Assembly: GCA_043228905.1 (NCBI GenBank)
Contig: JBHGNT010000005.1
Span: 5,828,001-5,892,000, forward strand
Reading direction: 5' to 3'
Source of the DNA: Azolla caroliniana
Taxonomy: Eukaryota; Plantae; Polypodiophyta
DNA: 64,000 nt
Under the pieces are notes generated by a model. The model was given only the letters and a program-made list of their open reading frames with translations, made no database searches and was not told the DNA's origin. The position numbers and the translations under genes are program-made. Shown piece by piece: positions 23,155 through 38,684 of the stretch (its first letter is position 1; every line of letters starts with the position of its first letter).

Positions 23155-25868
23155 CTATGCATTTTTTCCAAATCAGAACTGAATCTAATTAATATCTCAT
23201 TGAGTAGTCCTCTGTGGTTGATCCACAGCATATACATACTCTTTTGGCTGATGCAATTTTTTGTATTGATGTACAAGATTCAAAACATGAGACACTTAAT
23301 GATTACTGTCAAAACATTCAAAGGAATTGGTGAAGTCATGTAGATATTCTGTAAAACTAACTGACGAAGATGGAATACTCTCTTGGATTTGTCTCAACTG
23401 ACAACACCTCAAGATGTGAATATTGCCAGGGTCTGGGACATGGGGAAAGAGGTATTAATTATTATGGGGCATCCTTCACTAGGCATAACACACCTAAGAT
23501 AGCCTTGGAATCACACACTAAACTGGCTTAGATGCCATTAGTAACCTTGCATGAAATGCCTTAAGTAATTTCCAATGAGGAAGAATTAGTGTTAATGCAG
23601 AAATGAAGAAAAGGAAAAGGAAGAATTGTAAAAACATGGGAATACTAGTTTAGCATCAGAATGCTTTTCTACACTCTTTAGCCTTTCTGGTTTCAATTCA
23701 AAGCAAAACATAGTTGGTATCCTAAAGATTGTTGGCTTACTTCGAGTAATGTCAATGTTAGGCAACTAATGAGGTGTGATGAAGTTTTTTGGCGTACTTC
23801 TTGGAATGCCAATGATAGGCTATCTAAAGTGATTTTAGCCATAAAAGTTTGGGTGGCACGATTATTTGCTTGCTTCCTTCATGTGACATTCATGCTTGGC
23901 AATTTAAATGCATACAAAATCCTAGATATTTATGAAAAATAGCAAAGACCACGGAAAACCAATGCTACAACACATCCAACTATTTCTATTTTGTTGGATG
24001 TCATTTTCACTTTCGCTTTTGCCTAATGTAGTGTTTGAAAGTTTGCTTTTGCTTTTTTCTTCTCTAATGTGTTGTTCTCTCTTTTCTTCTCTTTTCTTGT
24101 GAACCTATGCTCTAACCCCTTGGGCTCCAATTGTCGTCCTTGCTAATGACAACCACATGCTTGCCTCCCCCTTGACTTTGCAATCATTGTTTCCTTGCCA
24201 TCGTCGTTGACTTCATGGCCACAATTGTGAGGTTCACATGACATACATTAAGGACCAAGCTCAAGGAATGGAATGACAATAGGGATACACTTAAGACACT
24301 TCAATCATAATGAATTCAAATGTATGTTTCACAATATTATCAACTCCATGTCAACAATTTCCTCATTGTAAAGGAGTTGAAAAGTATTTTCTTGAACCTC
24401 AACATGAGCAAAAAGATGTTGGAAAAGCTCTTTCGACCCTCTCGAATCTTCTCTCATGAGATGGCCGTAATAAAGTAGCTTGCTAATATCCACAAAGTTT
24501 CCCATGAGAGTCTAGAATGCACCATGGCACGTGAACATAGAATGGACACCTCAATGAGGGTTTTGTATTTACTCCTGAGTGACAAAGAATATTGATTCAC
24601 ATACATGTCTCATCGAGGACATGGGGATTATAGCAAGAGTACGCTTCATACGTTTCTCCAAAACTAGTGTTACAAGCTTACCTTGTTTTATCCGTAGGAT
24701 ATTGGTATGATGGTGAAGCCGGTCTCACATTGGAGCCAACAACTAACAAGTGGTGGATGAGTCTTTATTACAAGCTTCTTCCTCGCTCTAGGTAGCTTCC
24801 AAAAACATGTGTTGCAAATAGACATACCAAAGGATAGGATCAAACGTAACATGGGAAATCACTGTGGGGTTGTACTTACGTTGAAGTCTCTTGATGACTT
24901 CAAAAAAGTAGGTTTTTTTTGTTAAGATCAAGACCATTAGGCCAAATCAAGATACTTACCAAATATTCAAAAAAGTTGGAGGATCCTATTGAGCTCGCTC
25001 AATGTTTCAAACCATATCATTTAGGCACCCCATTCTTAGAGGAGGAGAGTTCTCTCAAGTGGTGGTAAAAATCATATGGCACCAAGTTTATATTGATCTG
25101 AATAAAAATCAAGGTCAAACTATTTTGAGCATGCATCGGAAGAACATGCAAAGGTTGCAAAAGAAAGGTTCTATTTGTTACAATTACGGCTAGGAGAAAA
25201 TGGTAAATATCTTACAAGTTCTATCATTAACAACTTGAAAGTTTTGGGAGTAGATTTAGTTATAATGAAGTGGTGAAATTTTCTCACGTTATCACCGATA
25301 TCCAACAACATTATGAGTTTACATGCAACCTAGAATTTCAGGGAAGGTATATTTTGTAAAACATGTCAAACTTTTGGTATATTTCAGGGAAGGTATATTT
25401 TGGTAGTCCTTTGATATTCTAAAAACCTCGTTAATTGTCCAAAGCATAAGTACATATAAGACATTTGCATAAATCTACAAAATATCATAGAAAATGCAAT
25501 TTATTTTTCTCATAGCTTTCTATGATAAAAAGTTAAAACAAAAGTAGCATCTCGTAACACTAAGTACAAACCCACATAATATCAATATCAAAGAAAGATA
25601 ATATATCAGCACGTGAGTACATATTCATTTATCAACATTATGTTGATGTAAACGACCCACTTCTTCTAATATTTCTACCTTTCAAAGTAACAAAACAGTC
25701 ACTGTGTATCATCTCTTTAAAATTTCTCTTATTTGGTGTATTGATTACCACAAAATTTAAGAGAGGTTGGTTTTTTTTTTCCAAAAAAATTACTACTTCC
25801 ATTAGTTAAGACAATGTACATAGGATAGAGGTTGGTTTTTAAGAGAAACTCTTTTAGTTGCAAATGGT

Positions 25869-25874
<6 letters not shown>

Positions 25875-25910
<36 letters not shown>
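25875..25910. repeat. (TA)n microsatellite
   Basis: Seen directly. Confidence 0.9.
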
Positions 25911-25914
<4 letters not shown>

Positions 25915-28741
25915 CAACTTCTCATCCTCAAAATAAAATATCATGTTTTACTTTTACATATATATTGGTGAAGCAATGTATATGAATCCTTCCTAAAATG
26001 ATTGCATAAAGCATGTAACTATTCCTTTCATGTAGCTTTCAATCCATAATAATTAATTGAGAAATACATGTTTTTTTAATTAGCAATAATTTATCTTTTT
26101 ATGTGATATATCTCATATTGTGTACACAAGAAGGGGAACCTCTTTTGCCTTTTTGGTGGGCAAACGCTCCACTTATATAGAGGCCTCAAATGGGCAATTA
26201 CACATGCATGCATGGTGCTTAACTATTACACATGATGGCCTCATGAGCAACCGCATGGGTTGTGTGCATGGTGCCTCGCATGGCCTCTCCACAATATGTT
26301 TCTTACCTTATACTTATCAATTTAATTAAGACAAATGTATCTCTCAATTAATGTAATGGGTATGTATATGTACCCTCATGCTTGGTTAATTTAAAAGATC
26401 TTGAGATCTTGCTATATATTGTTATATGAAGCCTACCATTTGTATAAAAGCCAAGTTTGTTGCTTCATGGCCTTGTATTTTTCAAGATATTTGTTGGAGA
26501 CTTTTGCCTCGATTACGATAATCCATGTTGTCGTTTCTCATAGTTGATACCTTTTTGTTCCCAACTTAGAGCCCCTTTATGAGCCTTGTTATTTGGTATG
26601 ACTTGGTGGACTCTTATGCCTCAATGGTTGTGGATTATAGCCAAGTTTGTCATTGGTCATAATTAGACTAACAATTGATTGACATTGACCCTTATAATTG
26701 TGCCACTAGGCCAACTTTGATATGTTACAAGGTGGTTCACTTGACTAGTGATCCCTATTATACTAAACATGTCCCTTCAAACTATTTGCATGGTTTCGTG
26801 TCAAGAGATGTTGAACATTAGACACATTAGAAAAACTCAAAGTAGCCTAAAAAGTAAACCCTATCCTCCAATTCTTAATGGATTGGAATCACAATAACCA
26901 AACAACTATGTCCCTTGGACTATATTGATACCAAATCAAATTGTATATCCTAAATGTATCTTAGAGTATGCATCCCTAATTTCCAATTACCCTTTTTCAA
27001 ACTCGCGAATATTGCATACACTTCCACCACCTTAGGCTAAGTTTTTCCTTGTTCATGTGCGATGGATAGGTTCAAGTGATCCTAGAGTGCCCTACCTCTT
27101 GGTTAGCTTTCCCAACCCAACATAGGCCATGTGCCTAATTCATCGTGTCAAGTTGGCAAAGCCAAGATCCTCTAGGATTTTCCTCTTATATGGCACTCCC
27201 AATTCTACCTCATGCACATACATAAAATCCTATATAAAATGTAGAACATATTTGGGAAGCTATTTGGTTCACTTTTCCAACCCCAACCCTCAGGCATATA
27301 TTGTAATTCCATGTTTGGGTCCCCCTAAAAGTTCTTTATAATTGTTTTCTCTCTCTCTATTTATATTTCTCATTCGCACTTCATCCATTCATTTTGTGAA
27401 TCTTGCTTTCTCCATATAATTGGGATCTTTTTAAGTTTTGATGTTATTATTGTCCACATTGCACAACCATATGCCTAATGAGATTCAATCCATTGATGAA
27501 TCACTCATGTATGATCAATGTCTTCGAGATGTATTCCTCCACATTTTCATTTATTCCCTTAGTTCCATGATGTTTGCACATAATAAGAAACTAGACTTCT
27601 CCATCCATAACCACAAGTGGCAACTTGTCAAATGTTTTGAACTTCTACCATTCAAATAAGTTTAGTTATAAAACTATTCTCCTCTTATCTATAGTTTACC
27701 CACTAATAAGATACCACCAACATATAGGCAAACACCTTGGCATGCAATGGGATTGAAAGTTTAACTACTAAGAAACTACTACTAATTTCACTATTATGAA
27801 TGGTTTAGCCTACGACCTAACAAGAACTAATAGGCTCATTAGTGTTCTTGATTATTTAAACAACTTTGTCATGTATTTGTCAAATTTGGGTATTGTGTTG
27901 ATCAACCAATAACTTGGCATTCATTAGTTTTGGCAAATTGATATTAGGTTCCAATAAAAAATCCAATAACTCAAGAGCTAACCCTAACATTCTTTATTGC
28001 TTATAATGAGACAGTACACTACAAGGTGCTTTTTGTACATATAATCTTGTCGCATGTGCATCTATGTAACATTGAAAATGCGTGAGAAGGATGCAGATAA
28101 GACAAGTGCTAACATGTAAAAGGGTGCACTTACTAACATCTAGCAAAGATACTACTAGTGGCCTATATCTACTTGATACAAGTGTAGACTTTCATAGAAA
28201 CTCTTAAATTCCCCATCATATGCATCCCAAGGCCAAAACGCAGATGCTATCGTGATCCAACAACACATAGATGGGATTCACTTCCCCAATCCAGTTGCAC
28301 AAGCCAGTCCAGAATCTATGGTTACCATAAACTAAGAAATTGCACGTTGCAATAACATTAGGCAAAGGAATAGTTGATCACATTACAAGATTAAACTAAC
28401 TCATATATAATACACACTTTTCTTTTGTGCATTCTTGTGTACATTCTCTATTTGCTAACTCTGCTTATTGGCTTGCAATCTGCTTGACATGGACAGAATT
28501 TATACAGAAATCCAAGTCTTCCTTTCTGACCATATTGATTGCTCTTCTAACTCCCTGTGACCGCCAATTGGGATCAATAAATACAAGACGACCTTGCACT
28601 ATTGGAGGGATATGAAACAATTGAAATGCTGTTGACAGATCCCCTCTGTGCTTGATGTGAAGGAAACATTTAAAAACCTTCTGCCACTTCAGAAATATTC
28701 AGCAAATTATAAGTTTGTATCAGTAGTTCACATCTCTCCAG

Positions 28742-31700
28742 CTAACTGACACTTAAAACATCATCATCACTTGTGAGAGATCCATACAACAAGTCATACC
28801 CACTATGATGAGATGGGTATGCAGCATCATCAGCTGGTGGATGTATTGTCTGACTTTGGGAGCTATGTATCTTTTGGAACAAATGCCTTAAAACTTTCTC
28901 TCTGTCCTCCCATGTCAAGTGGGAGATGTCCACCTTTGGGCCACCTAGTATTCTCACAGGTACTTGTTTCAAGCTCTGCATAATGTTAACAGGCATATTC
29001 TCCACATTATTCTTTGATACAGGAACTTCTTGGCTAGTCATTTTCCGGGTTGGGAGCAGCTGAGGGCTGGTCTTGCAGCGGATTAAAGGCGAGGATGGTG
29101 AGGCACCCCTACTGGCAGCGATGAGCCGATGAGAGTTGGTGGTGGACATGGTACTTATTGGCAGAGCCATTCTAGTTACTTGGGCTGTGGCTCGAGATGA
29201 CATATTATTAACTGGAGCCTTTCTTGAATGCTTTTTTGATGTTTGAATATGTTCCATGACATGATGCAAAGACTCGATGAGGAAACTTTCGACCTCCCCC
29301 CGTTCTTTCAGCACTTGCTGTGCAAGCTGCCTCACTTTCCTCAGCTCATGGATTTTTGATTGTGCCAACCGCTTCAATGTCTATCATAAAACATTCAATG
29401 GAGATGGAAATAGCAATATCAGGAACTAAATCCTTATTATTCATGTGAGATACAATAGCAGTTGATGCATTGAACCTGTTTTTCAGCCTGAAGAGCTGCT
29501 GTCCGTTTCTTGTGCTCTTCTTCAATCTCTGTTCTCTCAGCACTATATTGACGGATCACTTGACCCAAGCTCTTCTCTAATTTTTGTAGCTGTCAAAACC
29601 AAGAATCAAGTCTCTCCTCTTCTTTCTTTTTCAAAATCCAAGAATCCAGGGTGAACAGAACTAAAATGCACTACACAAGGGTACAAGATGTATTTCTTTT
29701 TCACATTGGGGCTACACCCTAATTTTAATCGATTTTTATTGACCAATAGACCCTGATTGAAATCCCACAAGCTAACAACTAAGTTATATGTGTTTGGTCT
29801 TTCTATTTTTATAATCACAATCATATTAATTATGAAAAACAATACAGAGTAAGGTCAGTCGATCACCATAAAATACATAGAATTTATAAACCCTTCTCCA
29901 AACCATCACACTGAGAACAAGCCATGTTGAGACATGTTGAACAACAATGCAAATTGGGCATCATTAATTGAACAAAGATGGAAATCTCCCCCATCCCAAA
30001 GAGAAGTGCCATATTACCAGTTCCTTCTTTAAATATGTGGAGAAATTCCTATAAAATAAGAATGCATTGCAAATACACCAATCATGCCACGATCCGCAGA
30101 ATCTCAGAAAGCAAAGACAACACTCAGCCAATGGTTGAAGTATCTCATCTGTACTTGAACAAAAACCTACTGGAGAGGAGAGAGTCTGAAACCCATAATA
30201 AAGTCCCATAGTCCAAAACATTAAACCAAACATTACATGCCTATGGACAATTGCAAGATCTATGTGAATACTGCACAAAATTTGTCTCCCTCAAGGATGG
30301 CTTACCACAGATTGTCCACAACTTGCCAGAGGATGGATTCAAATAGAGACTGAGGCAGTGCTCACAAAAAAATATGCCAGCCCAGAGTTTCCCCCACCAT
30401 TAGAGATTGAAGCAGGACATGCTCTTTGAATTGGTACCTATAACTGAATAATTTTGCAAATAATGTGAAGGAGAGATTAAAAATGCACATCAGAGAGAAG
30501 TGCATTGTTATTCGCACCCATGGAATATTCTAGCGCCAAACAAGATATACACCTAACAGTGATCTCCTGGAAGAAATACCAAATAGAGATGGACTTCACT
30601 TCCAGTGTTTATACCAATCTATCACGCATTTTTGAAGACTCATTTGACTCATTTCAACATGTACATTTTCTTCAGTTTTGAGTGAGCTCTATAAAGTAGA
30701 GTACCATCATAGTTGTCTACCCTAACCACTTCAAATATTTTTTCCTCCGCCTCATTGAAATTTCATGTTCTTTTTTTATGCATCCTAAATAGGTTTGTGC
30801 ATACCATGGAGTTAGATACAGTTTATGAGACCTATATGCATGTTGCTTATATTGATACTAATTTTGGCCCTTCAAAAGGAAGTGGGAGAAGATCCTAAGG
30901 AGAGATAACTGCGAAACCCTTCAGGAATATGAGCATAAAAAAAAAACAGGGTAGAAACTGAACCGTTTAAAAGGAAACACAGTTCAACTATTTAGAGAAA
31001 AGAACGCAATGTTGTACTTGAGGCGTATTTCATCAGAGGATGAATAACTTCAATTGCTAGATAGACAATGAATGAGACTCACTTCCTCGTCACAAAGTCC
31101 TATGGATCTTCTTGCTTCTAGGGTGTTCGTAGGGACATTGGGTGAAGTTAAGATTATGTGCACCTAAAGGGTTTCACGTTGAGGATGAAAATACTACAAG
31201 TGCATCTGGCATAATAAAAATTCATCTAGACAAACATATGACTGATTGGATACATAAGCAATCAATCCACATGTTCTTAATGTAATCATTATTTTTAAGC
31301 CTCCATGTTATAGATCTCACTCAATCTTGCTGATGATGGTTTTGACAACAAAGATAACATGACATAGTAGGAAAAGGCCATGTCAATGATCATCTTTTGA
31401 ACACTGAGAAAATCCAGGAAAAAAGAAGAGTTATACCTTATTGCTATTGCCAGAAATACATCGTGCCTGGGTAGAGCTCCGTTGAAGGTGGAGAGCTTCA
31501 GCTTGTCGTAATAAATCAACATCACGAGCTAATTTTGCTGCTTCTAATTGCAAAGAAGATTTTTCCTTTTGGAGACCATTTGTAACTTCAACATGCATCC
31601 TCAACTCTTCTTGCAATCTCTCATTCTAGAGAAATGCAAGTTGAGTGCCATTGTTATCAGTTTCTTTGCTAATAAAAAAGGTACTGCCTTTAAAAAGAGA

Positions 31701-34700
31701 AATTCCATGGAATAAAACACACCGAGTAAAGCAAGAAATAGAAAGTGCCAAAAGGTTTGATGACCTAACCAAACAGCACACTTTTCATGCAGGATTCCTC
31801 CAAAATTAAATGAGCCTTTAAAGACACTAAACCAGAAGGCCGAATCAATAAGGAAAAACAGAATGGTTTTTTTCTCTCAATGATTTTTTATATTCTCTCT
31901 AGCCACACAAAGTCATTCCTTTATTTCCTGTGCTGACTAAAATTTCATCTTGATCACTCTGGTTACTATATCCTCCCATTCAGTAATTGTGAATTTTTTT
32001 GGAAGTGCAACTAAACCAGGTATGTCAGCAAGAGTGACAAAAGAGGTCATTTATGACTCTGATGAGCTTATAGTCTACCTTCACGAATTACATTATCTCG
32101 TGTATTGAACAGCAACCTTCCCCAGAGGAGGGTTCTACTCAATTTCAAATAGGGAATCCTCGATTGTCAGACATGTCAATCCCTGCTAAATTCTGAGCTC
32201 CATCAATATACAACATAAAACTGAGTATCAATAGGTGTAAAATTCCCAGAGTGGTTAAAAGTTTATCCATAGAGGACCATATCTCCAGAGTGATTTGATC
32301 TATTACTAAAGGGTAAACCACCATATGCAATGTAGTGATTTAGATATCCCCACCAGAGACCGTTCAGGATAGCTCCACAATGTATATACAAAAACGAATG
32401 AACATTTGTATTACACATCTTTCCAACAGTGTTACGGATTGAAAAGACCAACATCTTGAAGAATGTGCATAATTTTTGTTCCAACATGCTCCTCGATCTC
32501 CTTTTCAAGTTGAGCATGGATTTCAGCTAAACTCTTCTCGTAATCCCGTTTCAAATTATTGCTCTGAAAGATCACATCCGCATCATTATGTCATCCCCAG
32601 TTTGTTCATGATTGGACAAAAAAATCACAATTGTCAATAGTCAGAGCATACCTGCTCCATGTATTTCCTCTCAAGTTCCACAAGGTTATTTTTCTCCTTT
32701 TCTTGTTGCTCAATCAGCTGTTCTTTCCTCCGTTTAAGCTCTTCTTCAATTTCAATCTGAACAGTACAGAATCTAGCAGTTTAGGTGATTATTATATCAT
32801 CTCTTACAAGACATTACTGCTTGATTGACTCCATAAAGAAGATATCCATTGCAAATCCGCATTTCCATGTTAACCGAAACTTAAATGACTTTGACAGGTT
32901 GACCACCTGTTGATTAGAAAATGAAAATGAAACTATATTGGAACACTTGATTTCTTCAATTTCTATTCTCATTCATGTTGTGATTTCAAGTAATTTTGAA
33001 ACACCCACACAACAACTTATGTCTTCCAAAGCAGAGGCAACACATACAAAGTTTCCCATAATATGGAATAGTGGAGGGTGCTCATCTAATTTTGGCAATT
33101 GTATTGAAACATAGACTTCCACGATTGATATATCACACTCAGAAAGACCTGGGTAATCCAGGGCAGATCACTATCACACTCAAAACGACCTACGTAATCC
33201 AGGGCAGATCACACTTTAAACTGCAACCAGAGTTCAGGGAATTTATATATTTGCCTGGCAAGTACGGAACTTATGGAGAGATTGAAGCTCATCCTGCAGT
33301 GTATGTAATTGATTAACAACTTCAGCTTTTTCTTTGGTGAGAGTTCCGGTTTGCTCTTTTAGTTTTTCCTGCCACTCTCTCTGAATGCATATGATATATT
33401 CTTCTTTCTGCCTTACATAAAAAAGAAACAGAAAGACATTAAACCTTAGCTGTGCATACATTTTTATATGTCTTCAAAAGGTGGCTCGGTGACTTTCATT
33501 TACATTCATGTCTATTTATGTCTAAGTAATGAAAAAATTAGTGAAGTCATCACGTTGCAGTTCATGATCCGAAAATAGTTTGGTTCCTTGGTTCTTAATA
33601 GAATCAATCTACCATCTAGAAAGAAGAGCCCTACACTTGCTTTTCTGTTGTAGGCATTTGTCTAAACCTCAATTATCAGAGAATATGACTGACTTGACTG
33701 ATTGACATCAAGGCCAAAAAGAAGAAGGCACATCTCGAGATATAACTTCGGAACTACCATTTTCAAAGAGTAGATCAGCTTGATTCTTCCATGAGGTTTC
33801 TTACTAATGGAAGCATGTGGAATAGCTAAAATCTAATTAAGACAATGTTTTGCCCAATTAGATGGCAGGGAGGGGACTGCATCTTTTGAGATCAGAGTTG
33901 CTTATCCACAATTCTTAAAAACATGGACAATTCCATTTCTGAGAAGTGTTCTTGCATTTCAATGCGTTCTAAATTTCATCATGTTCCAAATCTCTCTCCT
34001 CTGTGTTGACAATTTCTCCGCTCTCATGAGAAAGAAAGCAAATGCATGCAGAAAATCTTAGAGAAATCCTAAGCGTAAGCATGTTAAGAATAATGGTAAC
34101 TTAACTGTTATGGATTTGTATATTGGTTATAAGGTCTTATTTGAGCAATCAAATGCAAGAAAGATAATCTGCTATAGTTCTCTTTCACACTTGCCTTCCT
34201 TCTTTACTATTGAGAGATAGGAATGGGGCTTAAGAAATTGGCCACTCACAATACAATGGATCTTCAAAGTATCAAGACCGAAATGGTTAATGTCTGGATT
34301 ATTGCTATGTTTAACTGTGCATTGCAACATAGCATATCTCAAGATTGGAGTACGAATTGGATCAAAACTTACATAAATGATGTAAATAACTATTGGTAAT
34401 TCTCAGTTCTCTTATGGAAAAGCTATTTGGATTTATAATGACACCTACCTTAAGTAAATGGGCTGAAAAGAATGGTAGGAGGGCTTACAAACAAGATGCT
34501 TTTCAAAACACCATAGTATCATCAATCACCTTGTCGTCGTTAACTGCTAATGGAAGAAAGTCGTTTTGACAGATAACAGATTCGGCTTGGCTTGTACTAG
34601 TTTTGATGCCATACGAGTGGAGTCTAATCACCTTTGCACATTACATCCAATGCAACTCTATGAATCTAAGCCACTCTACTTGGGTGATCTGCCTTCGATC

Positions 34701-36536
34701 AGATTAGAACCCTTTTTACCCGCATTTTTACCAATGGCATGGTATTTAAAATTATTGTATCATAGGTAACTACACAAGAGCATTCGTTGCTACACAGAGA
34801 TAAGTGGAAAGTATATGATCATAATATAGTCCTAGGAAGGATTTTTGTCAACTCTCTAGCATGATGAGTAGCTCTCCACATGCCCCTGCATTAGCAACAT
34901 TAGAGAGAATGTGGAGTCTTATCATAGCTAGCAAAAATTTGCCATATGTTAAGAACAAACGTTTGTGCTTCATGATTTGACAGTAATTTAATTTTGCATT
35001 TTGCTTTGGTTCGTTTTCAGTTTCTACCATTTCTTTAGGTTTCTCACAAGAAAGGAATCCAATGTTTGAATAAATTAAAACTTTATTTTGCATCATCTTC
35101 TTGAGCAGTAAGTGAAAATTGTCTCTGTATTCTTATAAAAACGATACAAGGAATATTACCTCTTCAAGCTTCAACTCAAGCTCATGCATGTATTCTTTGT
35201 CACGTCTTAGGCCTTCCTCATAAAACTCGGTGCTAGCAAACTACATGCCGCATACTCCAAAAATATAAGTTATGAAGCAAAAAGAAAAAGTATATACATT
35301 TAGATTTACTTTTATAAGAAACTTATATATACTGACTAGTAATATTTACACTTATCAGCACCAAAATATCCCTCACCAAAGAAGTGACATTGATAAAAGT
35401 ACTCGTCAAAGTGATGAAAGAAGTGATTTCAACAATACTACCCAACAAAAGTAAAACACCATCATAAAGGCTGTCCCAAAAATTGTTTTGCATCAATTCA
35501 TGTAATAGTCAGAAATGATTCAGCATGAAGAATAATAGTATTAGTAGAAACAAACGATATAATGAACCTTAATCTAATCTAATTCTTAACTTATTCATGA
35601 CCTCAAATCTTACACGAGCATGAGGCTAAAACAAATAAAAAAAAGTTTCATGGAGCTAATCGAATGGATCTTGCTATCCACATCATCGATAAGAATTATA
35701 TAATGTTCTACTCATTTCACTTATGAAAGTAACCCTTACTGCTTCTTGTTGAGTCACATCTCGATCTGCTTGAACTTTGTTATATTCTGTAACCAACCGT
35801 TCAATGCAACTTCTAGCTTCCTCCAGAGCATTTTTCTGCTCCTCACTGTTGACATTGCCAACGTCTCTCTCTCTCTCTCTCTCTCTCTTTCATAAGACAT
35901 AAAGTGTGCATATGCATGTGTAGTATATATAGAAAATAATACTGTCCTCAAACAATGGCTTTAGTTAGCTTGTTAACTTGTAGTAAATATGTGACATGAG
36001 AGGTGTAATCAAGAAACACTGTCCAAGTAATATGAAATTTTGATTATTTCAAGTGTAGTCCACTACATTCTAAACCAGGACCTATCCTTGGATTCAGAAA
36101 ATGAATTAGTTGACATCAATATGCTTCTCTTTAACTGTCTTGCTAACAAGAATATGACAATGATTCAGCCACCTCCTAATATAAACCAGTAATTACTTCC
36201 TCAAAACTTGAGCGAGTCTCTGAATGAATAATAATCGGATACTGTTTCACAAAAAATGAACTTTCCTCACTCGTTAGATCATGCTATTCATTCTAAACAG
36301 GAACCCATTCATCCGTATTTACAGTGAATCAGGAGATCAATTGGAGAGTTATTACAAGCATATAAATTCCCGCTCTCCCTCCCATTTTGAACTATGATTA
36401 GAAGCTGAAAATGATTCTGAGGAACTAGCACTCACGTGTAGATGTTGCTGGTCCTCTCTGCCTGTTGCACCTTCTGGATGACAGAGGCCACCTCCTGGGC
36501 CAGCGGAGTCGACTCCTTCTTCATGGCTGCATGCAT
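28742..36536 (-). CDS. Basal body orientation factor 1 (BBOF1/CCDC176)-like ciliary coiled-coil protein, 9 exons
   Basis: Exons 36536-36436, 35845-35740, 35240-35160, 33407-33255, 32756-32652, 32563-32453, 31625-31437, 29589-29476, 29380-28742 join in one frame. Motifs ILQDNERLQEELRMHV, RQLAQQVLKERGEVESFLIESLHHV and VDISHLTWEDREKVLRHLFQKI resemble BBOF1. Start codon uncertain; the related CFAP157 family is not excluded. Intron 4 is GC-AG. Confidence 0.82.
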
Positions 36537-38076
36537 ACTCCACCTCCCCCTTCGTCTATGCCATCGCCATCGCCATCGCCATCGCCAATCGAAGAGAGAG
36601 AGGAAGAGAGAACTACGTTGAAGCCAAGAGACGCGCACCCCGCCCACCCTCAAATCTGTTGTTTCTTTAAATCTTTGTTTTGGGAGAGGGGTATGAGCCA
36701 TCATTTGTTTTGTTTGTTTTGGTGTTTCCTTCTGTGTTACAGAGGAGGGTATATATATAAATAGGCCTTTGTAAAATGAATAAAGTGTTTCGATGACAAA
36801 CAAACCATGAATGAAATCTTTTTCGGGTCGGGGGGCAGGGGCCTTCCTCGGGCTGGGCTGGCTGGCCTTTCCTATTAGGATCTTCTCATGGGGTCACACT
36901 TTCAGATAGTTTTCGATCTCTTGATGTAATCGGGGGAGGGAGGGTTGGGTTGGGGTTGGGGTTGGGGTTGGGGTTGGCATGTTTGGTTATCCGTATTCGA
37001 GACAATTTTTCGAGAGGTGAAGAGGACATGTATTTGGCAATTTGAATCGTAGCTCTCGTTTTTGGAAACCTCGGGGGCATTGTCACCTTAAAGAGTTCTA
37101 AATAAGCGAGCTAGTAAGGCGTCATAGTTTACCTTTTCCTGTTGGTTTTCCTATCACGTGGCCTCTCAAAATCTATAGGATCTTGATTGAGATCCCAATG
37201 TGATATGTCATTTGGTTATTTGTGGTGGTTTTTGTGTTACATATTTAATATGACTCTATTATTGATAGAAATGATTGCCTTACTCCAATACAGGGCTTCC
37301 GTAACTCTCTCTTCCAATTGCTTCTTCTTGGTTCTTCTTTCGATGGGTTAGAAATGACCTTCTTGTTTATTTAAATAAATTTAGGTACTAGTGGTGTTCT
37401 GTCTTATGTATTATTATTATTGCTCTAATTATATCCACTACAAACAACCGAACGACCTTGCGGTGGTCATTCATGTAATTGCCCACCTTGTCATTCAACA
37501 TGTTGATCCTTTTCACATACAATGGTGTCATTACTAGGACCTCCTTGCCGTTCCCATTGTTGATACCTTCACCTTTGTTTGGCTTTTGTGGCATTTAATC
37601 ACATTTTATTGTTGTTTAGTTTTGCCTTTCCGACTTTTTATTTTTCTAAAAAAATAAATCATCCATTGGTATTAAACTTGAGCAAAACAAAACAGTCCAC
37701 TATATGAGTATTGCAACATATTTTACTAGAAAACTCTTGAACACTCATGTAGGCTTCAGCAATCCAAACACATTTAACATCCATATCAAGCAAGGAATTA
37801 CAACCAACAACATTGGTTTCAAAAAAACCCCCTCTTTTTCCAAACTGAATATGGTTTTACCTTTCCGACTTTCAAATTTATTCTTCCCATTAGCATCAAG
37901 TGCATATTCCATTTCTAATCTTAAATATACTTTGTTTGGGATCCAAGATAGATAATCTTGCACATGGATTATAAAAGTACCAGAGAATTCATAGTGGCTA
38001 CATTACTCTTTGAAGGTTTTTAATGGGTTGTTTCCCTATCATGTCTTGAAGGTCCCAAGATATGGCTGATCGTCAT

Positions 38077-38684
38077 TAGCACTGGGCCCGATTCGGTTTC
38101 TTGGCCTTGAAACCAAACCAAACCATTTATTATAAATAAAAACCAAACCAAACTTTTTCAAAATTTTGAAGCCCTTTAAACCAAACCATTTAAAGAATAG
38201 GAGAAACCAAACCGTTTACGAAAAATTTAAAACCAAACCAAACCATTTTTTATTGATATTAATCATCATACTTATTATAAATTTGTGTGAGAAAATCATC
38301 ATAAATTTATTCATCATACTTATCATAAATTTGTTATCATACTTATCATAAATTTTGTCATCATAAATGAAAAGGAGACTCTAATATAATGCATATAAAA
38401 TTTAATAAGTTAAAACTAGAGTTTAAAATTAAAAGTTGAAAGTTGCCTATAGGGAAAACTAGAGTATTTTTTAATCTATAAACCTTTAAACCTTTAAACC
38501 AAACCACATAAACCGAAACCGAAAAGCCGATAAACCACTAAACCAATAAATTCAAAATCGAACCAAAACTGATTAGTAACATTTGAAACCAAACCAAACC
38601 GTTTATTTATTTTCGAACCTATAAACCGTCAAGACACAATTTTTCGGTTCGGTTCGGTTTGAGCCGAAACCGGGCCCATTGCTA
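38077..38684. mobile_element. hAT-type MITE
   Basis: TIR TAGCACTGGGCCCG...CGGGCCCATTGCTA; perfect 8-bp TSD ATCGTCAT (38069-38076 and 38685-38692); many AAACC(A/G) subterminal repeats. Confidence 0.92.

Noticed and set aside
23700-28300. Possible ancient transposon remnants (also 10400-11470, 46900-48900, 51170-51900, 60600-62300)
   Set aside because: Only faint motif resemblances and short ORFs; I could not assign family or boundaries by eye.
29606-29660. DFEKERR peptide as a possible BBOF1 exon
   Set aside because: It runs into a stop. The adjacent exon 29589-29476 (LQKLEKSLGQVIRQY) gives the continuous in-frame model.
36945-36977. (GGGTTG)n run resembling telomeric repeat
   Set aside because: Only ~5 units, and not the plant TTTAGGG motif; an ordinary microsatellite.
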